Assembly (NCBI GenBank): GCA_037446635.1
Contig: JBBIIG010000028.1
Location: 1 to 57,042, forward strand
Direction: 5' to 3'
DNA: 57,042 nucleotides
From: a bacterium
GTDB lineage: Bacteria > Zhuqueibacterota > Zhuqueibacteria > Oceanimicrobiales > Oceanimicrobiaceae
The notes beneath the pieces are model-generated. The model worked only from the letters and a program-made list of their open reading frames with translations. It was not told where the DNA came from and ran no database searches. Position numbers and translations under genes: made by a program. Positions 49,730 to 57,042 of this stretch are shown here, piece after piece. How positions within the stretch are numbered: the first letter of the stretch is position 1; the number at the start of each line of letters is the position of its first letter.

Positions 49730-50848
49730 TTAATCCAACACCGTCTTCAAAATCCACGGTGTCAAGTTGGGCAGCCGCGCGCCAACGGCAATCAAACGCT
49801 CGGCAAGCCACCCGCTTTGCAACGCCGGCGAATAAATTCGATTCGCCAGAAAACGGCTTCTGATTTTGAATTTTGGAATCGCCGCTCGCGTTTGAAATCG
49901 CGGCAGCAAAGTAAGCGCGGCCTGCACCCCGTCCTGCAGCGCGAAGTAAACCCCTTCGCCGGTGAACGGCTCAACCGTTTGGCGCGCGTCGCCGATCAGC
50001 AGCGCGCTGGGGTGAGTGAGAATCCGCGCGGCCGGTTGAATGGGAAAGGTGACGGCCACCTCGCCCAGCGGCCGCAGGTCGTCAAGCTGCTTGGCCGCGC
50101 CGGGGTGTTTCATTATCGTCCCGGCAATAAACTTTGAAAAATCTTTTTTTGCGATCTGCGCCCGCTGCGCGTCGGCCACCATCGCAATATTGGCTTGAGT
50201 TCCGCTCACATTAACTACGCCAAAATAGCCGGCTTCGAACAGAAACAGCTCGATTGCGGATCCGATCTGCGGCTGATACCGGCCGTGCCACTGCACGCCC
50301 ACCCGCTGCGGCCTTTTGCTTTTCGCGCCGCGATTGTTTCGGGCGACCAACGAATTCCGGCCGTCGGCGCCAATGAGCACGGCGCTGGTAAACGTCTCTT
50401 CCGCCAATCCCTTGCGCCGCGTGACCACCCGCCAAATTTTACTTTCCCAACTCGCCTCCACCACCGCGCGTTCATTCAAAATGACCGCGCCGGCGCGCTG
50501 CGCCTGCTTTTGCAAAATCGCATCCAAAATGCTGCGCTTGATGGCAAAGAACGGCCGCTCCGGCTGATTTGAAATGGCAGCAGTCAACTCCACTCCTTTT
50601 TTGTTGGTAACTCTAACCCAGTTGATTTGGTTAAGATTTAATCCGCGCAACTCCAAATCCACCCCCAGCAATCTAAACAGCTCCCAGCAATTGGGATTGA
50701 TACAATCGCCGCAGATTTTGTCGCGCGGAAATCTGGCTTTTTCCAAAACGAGGACCCGCACACCCGCAGCCGCCAGCACCGTCGCGCAGGCGGAGCCGGC
50801 CGGCCCGCCGCCAACGATAATCACGTCAAATTGAGATGAAGCATTCAC
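49730..50848 (-). CDS. FAD-dependent oxidoreductase (geranylgeranyl-reductase/halogenase-like)
   Basis: DVIIVGGGPAGS, FPRDKICG, GADG, IGDA...EPFTGEG; GTG start overlapping the fabF stop. Confidence 0.9.
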   Translation of the reverse strand: MNASSQFDVIIVGGGPAGSACATVLAAAGVRVLVLEKARFPRDKICGDCINPNCWELFRLLGVDLELRGLNLNQINWVRVTNKKGVELTAAISNQPERPFFAIKRSILDAILQKQAQRAGAVILNERAVVEASWESKIWRVVTRRKGLAEETFTSAVLIGADGRNSLVARNNRGAKSKRPQRVGVQWHGRYQPQIGSAIELFLFEAGYFGVVNVSGTQANIAMVADAQRAQIAKKDFSKFIAGTIMKHPGAAKQLDDLRPLGEVAVTFPIQPAARILTHPSALLIGDARQTVEPFTGEGVYFALQDGVQAALTLLPRFQTRAAIPKFKIRSRFLANRIYSPALQSGWLAERLIAVGARLPNLTPWILKTVLD

Positions 50849-52089
50849 GGCCGGTACCTTCCCAAAACAATCGCTGAATTGATGCCGCCGAATCCGAAGG
50901 AGTTGGATAAAATATAATCCACCGCCGCCGTTCGGCCAGCGTTGGGGACGTAGTCGAGATCGCATTCCGGATCGCGGGTTTCAAAATTAATGGTGGGCGG
51001 AAGGAAATCTTTCTCCAACGCGATCACACAGATGGCCGCCTCGATGGCCCCCGCCGCGCCCAGCGAGTGGCCGTGCATCGACTTGGTGCTGCTGACGGGA
51101 ATTTTGTAGGCCGCTTCGCCAAACACTTTTTTGATGGCCAGGGTCTCGGTTTTGTCGTTCAACGGTGTCGAGCTGCCGTGCGCGTTGATGTAACTAATTT
51201 GCTCGGGCCGCACGCCGGCGTCGGCGAGGGCGTCGGCCATGCAGCGCGCCGCGCAGTCGCCATTCGGGCGCGGCGCCACCATGTGAAACCCGTCGTTGTT
51301 GCAGGCGTACCCGAGCGCCTCGCAGTAAATTCGGGCGCGGCGCGCAATGGCGTGTTCCAATTCTTCCAAAACCAAAATGGCCGCGCCTTCGGCCATCACA
51401 AAACCGTCGCGGTGCAGATCGAACGGCCGGCAGGCTTTTTGGGGATCGAGGTTGGTGGACATCGCTTTGATCACCGCAAACGCGCCGAAGGTCAGGCCGT
51501 AAAGGGGCGCCTCGGCGCCGCCGCAAATCATCACTTCCGCGTAACCGTTTCGAATATAACGAAAAGCCTCGCCCACCGCGATGGTTCCCGAAGAGCAGCT
51601 ATTGGAGTTGGCGTTGCTGGGCCCGGTGAAACCGTAGCGAATGGCGATGTTGCTGGTGCCGGCGCCGCCAAACACAATCAGCGCCAAACTGGGATCGACG
51701 GCGCGCAGCCCGCTTTTGATGTAGGCCTCGTGCTGCTTTTCCGCGCCGGCCACGCCGCCCAGCGCGGTGCCGACGGTTACGCCAATTCGGCTGTTCGGAT
51801 TTTGTGGGTCGGGCGCGAGCTGCGCATCCTGAATCGCCATCTCGGTGGCGGCCAACGCGAACTGCGCAAAGCGATCCATGCGCCGGCTGAGCTTGGCGTC
51901 AAAAAAATTCAACGGGTCGAAATCAGCGATCTCCCCTCCCACTTTGGTTTTCAAATTCGAGGTGTCGAAGCTTTGAATCATTTTTATGCCGCAGCGACCC
52001 GCGGAAATCCCCTGCCAAAGCCCTTCTTTGCCGTGGCCAATTGGGGTAATCGCGCCGAGGCCGGTAATCACCACTCTTCTATGCTTCAT
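50845..52089 (-). CDS. beta-ketoacyl-ACP synthase II-like ketosynthase
   Basis: RVVITGLG, SCSSG (catalytic Cys), NAHGSST, KSMHGH, NSFGFGG. Confidence 0.93.
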   Translation of the reverse strand: MKHRRVVITGLGAITPIGHGKEGLWQGISAGRCGIKMIQSFDTSNLKTKVGGEIADFDPLNFFDAKLSRRMDRFAQFALAATEMAIQDAQLAPDPQNPNSRIGVTVGTALGGVAGAEKQHEAYIKSGLRAVDPSLALIVFGGAGTSNIAIRYGFTGPSNANSNSCSSGTIAVGEAFRYIRNGYAEVMICGGAEAPLYGLTFGAFAVIKAMSTNLDPQKACRPFDLHRDGFVMAEGAAILVLEELEHAIARRARIYCEALGYACNNDGFHMVAPRPNGDCAARCMADALADAGVRPEQISYINAHGSSTPLNDKTETLAIKKVFGEAAYKIPVSSTKSMHGHSLGAAGAIEAAICVIALEKDFLPPTINFETRDPECDLDYVPNAGRTAAVDYILSNSFGFGGINSAIVLGRYRP

Positions 52090-52528
52090 AAGTTTTCTCC
52101 ACGTAGCGCTTCATGTGCTGCAGCGTCTGGTTCGCAACGTAATGAATGAAGAATTTGCCAACGATGAATTCGGCAATAAAATTTCCGATGACGGGAATCG
52201 CGCTGTTCAGCTCGTGCTGAATTTGCACCTCGACGCCGTCGGGCGCGGGCGTAAACGTCCACACCACCTTCATGCCTTTGGTAAACGCTTTCAGGTGATA
52301 AAACCGTACTTCTTTTTTTTCAAAATCGATTTCCTGAATTGACGTCCATTTTATCGGGAGCCATTTTCGGCGCGCGGCCATTTGCACCAAATTGCGGCTG
52401 GGCGACTTTTCCAAATAATGAATCCAGCGGTAGTGCGGCAAAATTTTTGGCCAGAGCGACAAATCCGACGCGACGCTGAAAATATAATCGACCGGCGCGT
52501 TCATTTTAATGGCGTTCTTTGCGTGCAT
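52079..52528 (-). CDS. SRPBCC/START polyketide cyclase-aromatase family protein
   Basis: ATG 52528; I.MNAP...F.VASDLS.WP.ILPHY...W.S...GM.V.WTF. Confidence 0.85.
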   Translation of the reverse strand: MHAKNAIKMNAPVDYIFSVASDLSLWPKILPHYRWIHYLEKSPSRNLVQMAARRKWLPIKWTSIQEIDFEKKEVRFYHLKAFTKGMKVVWTFTPAPDGVEVQIQHELNSAIPVIGNFIAEFIVGKFFIHYVANQTLQHMKRYVEKTYEA

Positions 52529-53247
52529 CACGCTTCTCCTGTTAAAATTAAGCGAAAGAGAAACCGTTTTTTGATTTTGAAATTTTTGACGCCGGCGGCT
52601 TGAGCGATTTTCTGCAGCTCGTCGGCGGTGAAGGCGCGCAAAACCGAGAGGTACGAATCGTTCAACGTCATCGGGTTGCGCGTGGTGAGGTGGGTGTAGA
52701 GCCAGGCGGTCGCGGCCGCCAGCCAACTGCGGCTCAAATCATTCAGCACGAATCCAACCCGGCTCAGCCGATTCATTTCTTTTAGCAAGCGAACCGCGTC
52801 GTCCCAGGAAAAATGATGAATCACCAGCGAAGCCAGCACGATGTCAAAACTTTTGTCTGGATAGGGCAAGGCCAAAATATCCCGCTGCTCGAGTTGGATT
52901 TGTTTGAACGGTCTGGTACGTTCACGGGCGATGGCGAGGATTTGCGGATGCTTATCCACCGCGGTTATGGCGACTGGCCGCTGCACTTTTTGGGATAGCT
53001 TCAAAATGGCCAAAGGATGATCCGCGGAACCGGTGGCAAGATCCAAAATTTCTATTTTGTCTGCTTTGCTAATTTTATCAAACAGCCGAACGAGCTCTTT
53101 TTTTACTGCGGACAAGCCGCCAAAATATTTATTGATGGTTCTCAAATTTTTCAGATCATCATCCAGCACCGCGGGATCATTATTCGGCAAATCGATCATT
53201 TCTGGAAGGTTGACGCTAAACCGGCGTTGAGGGACAAGAAAACTCAT
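52528..53247 (-). CDS. SAM-dependent methyltransferase (type usually beside type III PKS)
   Basis: EMID....L..L..IN..FGG, ILDLATGSAD, HHF, NDLSRS, D...SV.RAFT. Confidence 0.88.
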   Translation of the reverse strand: MSFLVPQRRFSVNLPEMIDLPNNDPAVLDDDLKNLRTINKYFGGLSAVKKELVRLFDKISKADKIEILDLATGSADHPLAILKLSQKVQRPVAITAVDKHPQILAIARERTRPFKQIQLEQRDILALPYPDKSFDIVLASLVIHHFSWDDAVRLLKEMNRLSRVGFVLNDLSRSWLAAATAWLYTHLTTRNPMTLNDSYLSVLRAFTADELQKIAQAAGVKNFKIKKRFLFRLILTGEA

Positions 53248-53406
53248 TGGGCAGCTTTAAAAAAATTACCTCGCTTTTTGATGAACGGAATATAACAAAT
53301 TATCCCCAAAAAACAGCAAAAATTTCGCTGGCAGCCAGGCTTTGCGAAATAAACCACGGGTGGTTGTTTGTTTGAATTTCACAAACCATCAAAAGGAGGA
53401 GATTTT

Positions 53407-54402
53407 ATGTCATTTCGAGCTATCGTTTTTCTAATGAACGTCATTTTCGCCGTGGGCGCGGCGGAAATATGCGCCCAAAGCACGACGATTAATGTGTTAG
53501 CGAGTAAAGATAACACGCTCTACCAAAGCGCCACGGGCACCGTGAGCAACGGCAAGGGCATCCATTTTTTTGTTGGCCGGACGAACGGCGCCAGCTTGCG
53601 ACGAGGCGTCATTGCGTTTGATCTGTCACAAATTCCAACCGGCGTGGTCATTCAGAGTGCTGCCTTAACGCTTCAGGTCACTCGAGTTCCACCAAATGAT
53701 ATTAGCCGGACGATTGCGCTGCATCGCGCGACCGCCGATTGGGGCGAAGGCAACTCCAACGCTGGTTCGGTTTCTGATGGCGACGGCGCACTCGCGCAGC
53801 CCGGCGACGCCACCTGGCTTCACCGCTTTTTTGACACCGAAAACTGGGAAACCATCGGCGGCGATTTCAACCCCACCGCCAGCGCGTCTATTTCCGTAGG
53901 CGGCGTCGGCTCGTACACCTGGGGATCAACCTCGGGAATGGTCGCCGACATCCAAAGTTGGATTGACGATCCCTCCAGTAATTTTGGTTGGATCATCATC
54001 GGCAATGAAACGGTCAACGGCACCGCCAAGCAATTCGCGTCGCGGGAAGCGAGCACGAATCCGCCGCGGTTGTCCATCACTTTTCTGACCACCGCTGTCG
54101 AAGACGACGACCCCGAAATTCCGGCGCGCTTCAGCCTTTCGCAAAATTATCCCAACCCCTTCAACCCCAGCACGGTGATTGAATACACCCTGCCGCAGGC
54201 CGTCGAAGCGGATTTGGAGATTTTCAACATGCTCGGCCAAAAAGTGCGGACGCTGGTGCGCGGCCAACAGCCAGCCGGCAGCCACCGCGTGCAGTGGGAC
54301 GGCCGAAACGACGCCGGCGAACTGCTGCCCAGTGCAATTTATTTGTACCGGCTGCGGGGGGGCGGTCGCGTCGAAACCCGCAAGATGCTGCTGGTGAAAT
54401 AG
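53407..54402 (+). CDS. secreted DNRLRE-like domain protein with FlgD/Por-like C-terminal sorting domain
   Basis: AAGGAGG SD, signal peptide, SKDNTLY, FSLSQNYPNPFNPST...WDGRND.G..L.S.IY. Confidence 0.8.
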   Translation: MSFRAIVFLMNVIFAVGAAEICAQSTTINVLASKDNTLYQSATGTVSNGKGIHFFVGRTNGASLRRGVIAFDLSQIPTGVVIQSAALTLQVTRVPPNDISRTIALHRATADWGEGNSNAGSVSDGDGALAQPGDATWLHRFFDTENWETIGGDFNPTASASISVGGVGSYTWGSTSGMVADIQSWIDDPSSNFGWIIIGNETVNGTAKQFASREASTNPPRLSITFLTTAVEDDDPEIPARFSLSQNYPNPFNPSTVIEYTLPQAVEADLEIFNMLGQKVRTLVRGQQPAGSHRVQWDGRNDAGELLPSAIYLYRLRGGGRVETRKMLLVK

Positions 54403-54432
54403 TATCAAATGACACAGCCCCGCAACCTGCCC

Positions 54433-54550
54433 GCCTGTCTGCACAGGCAGGCGACCAACTCAACCGCAAAGTTCGCTTCGGAGACGCAAAGGAGCGCGGG
54501 GGGAAAATTATTTAGCATCGTTTGCGCCAAGCCTGGTGTTCTTTGCGGTT
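54433..54550. repeat. variant CCTGTCTGCACAGGCAGG palindrome followed by AACCGCAAAG...CTTTGCGGTT element
   Basis: 18-bp palindrome at 54434-54451; 10-bp terminal inverted repeat bounding 54462-54550. Confidence 0.65.
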
Positions 54551-54677
54551 TAAGAATTAACGCCGGGAGGAGTCAGTGATTGCTTCTCCCGGGGTTTTCA
54601 TCGTTTTCTGGTTTCTTTCCATCTCAAATCTGCAAATTCCCCTTGTATTTTTTTCTCATTTTTGATAATTTGCGCAC

Positions 54678-56132
54678 GTGCAGCGCGTTTTCACCAAACA
54701 ATTTCTCGACATCGCCGGCGGCGTCATCGTGGCCCTCAATCCGCGCGGCGAAATCACCCTGATTAATAAAAAGGGCGCCCAAATCCTCGGCTACCGCGAA
54801 GACGAGTTGTTAGGCAAAAACTGGTTCGACATCTGTATCCCCGAGCGCTACCGCAGCGAAGTTAAAAAAACTTTCAACAAAATCGTCAATGGAGAAATAG
54901 CCGAAGTGGAGCACTTTGAAAATCCGGTGCTCACCAAATCCGGGCAGGAGCGCTTCATCACCTGGACCAATGCGCTGCTAAAAGATGAGAACGAACAGAT
55001 CATCGGCACCCTCAGCTCCGGGCTGGACATCACCGAACGTCAGCAAATGGAGGAATCCCTGCGGGAGAACTCGGCTCGCCTCCACGCCATTGTGGAAACC
55101 GCGGTGGATGGCATCATCACCATCAATGAAAACGGCATCATCGAGTCGGTGAACTCTTCGGTGGAAAGACTGTTCGGCTACACCGCCGCGGAACTGGTGG
55201 GCCAAAGCGTGAATATGCTCATGCCGTCGCCCTATCGCGAAGAACACGACTCGTACATCGCCAATTATATCAAAACCGGTGAGAAGAAGATCATCGGCAT
55301 CGGTCGTGAAGTGGTGGGGTTGCGCAAGGACGGCTCCATATTTCCCTTGCGACTGTCCGTGAGCGAATTCAAAGTTGGCAACCGCCGCCTGTTCACCGGC
55401 ATTGCGCACGACATTTCGGAACAGAAAACTTTACAGCACCAGATTCTGCAAACCGAGCGTCTGGCCATCATCGGCAAAATGGCGGCAAAAGTCGCCCACG
55501 AAATTCGCAACCCGCTTTCCTCCATCAGTTTGAACGCCGAGCTGCTGCAGGACGAAATTTCCGGCTACGACTGCAACGACACCAGCGAAGCTGCCGCGCT
55601 ACTGAAATCGATGATTCGCGAAATTGATCGCGTCAGCGCCCTCACCGATGAATATCTGCAGTTCTCGCGGCTGCCGGTTTCGCAGCCCATGAAGGCCAGC
55701 TTCGATGAGATCATTCGCGACATGAAAGAATCCATGGATGGCGAGCTTAAACAGAAAAATATCCAACTGGACTTTCGGCCGGCGCCCGTCCCGCTGCAGG
55801 TGCGCATCGATCGCGCGCAGTTCCGGCGGGCGGTGCTCAACATCATCCGCAACGCCATTGAAGCCATGCCCCACGGCGGCAAGATTGTCATCTCGAGCGA
55901 GCAGAAAAACGAAAAAGCCGTGCTTCATATTCAGGACACTGGCGTCGGCATTCCGGAAGAGATGCTCGAAGATATTTTCGATCCCTTTTTTACCACCAAA
56001 GATTTTGGCACCGGACTGGGGCTGGCGGTTACTCAGCAAGTGGTGAGCGAGCACGGCGGCAACATCACGTGCAGCAGCACCGTGGGGGTAGGGACGACAT
56101 TTTCCATTGAGCTGCCGTTGGAGACCAAGTGA
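54678..56132 (+). CDS. cytoplasmic PAS-PAS sensor histidine kinase (FixL-like second PAS)
   Basis: LMPSPYREEHDSYIANY...KIIGIGREV; AHEIRNPL; N, G1, F and G2 boxes. Confidence 0.93.
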   Translation: MQRVFTKQFLDIAGGVIVALNPRGEITLINKKGAQILGYREDELLGKNWFDICIPERYRSEVKKTFNKIVNGEIAEVEHFENPVLTKSGQERFITWTNALLKDENEQIIGTLSSGLDITERQQMEESLRENSARLHAIVETAVDGIITINENGIIESVNSSVERLFGYTAAELVGQSVNMLMPSPYREEHDSYIANYIKTGEKKIIGIGREVVGLRKDGSIFPLRLSVSEFKVGNRRLFTGIAHDISEQKTLQHQILQTERLAIIGKMAAKVAHEIRNPLSSISLNAELLQDEISGYDCNDTSEAAALLKSMIREIDRVSALTDEYLQFSRLPVSQPMKASFDEIIRDMKESMDGELKQKNIQLDFRPAPVPLQVRIDRAQFRRAVLNIIRNAIEAMPHGGKIVISSEQKNEKAVLHIQDTGVGIPEEMLEDIFDPFFTTKDFGTGLGLAVTQQVVSEHGGNITCSSTVGVGTTFSIELPLETK

Positions 56133-56178
56133 GCAAAGCAGAGCTTTGCATTACTTAATTTGAAATGAGGGTGCGGGA

Positions 56179-57042
<864 letters not shown>

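Overview
A 57 kb chromosomal segment of a Gram-negative bacterium. The FlgD/Por-like 'SQNYPNPFNP' C-terminal domain suggests the FCB group, e.g. KSB1 or Calditrichota-like (inference). The first ~13 kb is an accessory-rich stretch: a DUF1998 DEAD/DEAH helicase surrounded by six small toxin-antitoxin pairs, four of them broken, plus further stubs, with the helicase 3' end present three times. The rest is mostly housekeeping: pyrF-pyrE-thrB, lolA-ftsK-thiE, gcvT, ahcY-metK-pgi/pmi-ptsI-ptsH-PTS IID/IIC-ispA, a Yip1/TolC/MacAB-type exporter, a methyltransferase-SRPBCC-FabF-FAD oxidoreductase cluster, and a PAS kinase with an NtrC-type regulator. Several families of small palindromic repeats are scattered throughout. 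The best discovery is at 28910-29578 (-). The ORF track gives only a truncated 155-aa ORF there. The same frame extends upstream through two in-frame TGA codons, spaced U-S-G-U, to a signal peptide and a leaderless-type promoter, and a SECIS-like hairpin follows the TGAs. This is a candidate double-selenocysteine (UxxU) outer-membrane beta-barrel, co-oriented and probably co-transcribed with a secreted YHS-TlpA redoxin. No rRNA, tRNA, CRISPR array, integrase or transposase was recognised. All family calls come from motif recognition by eye, not database searches.
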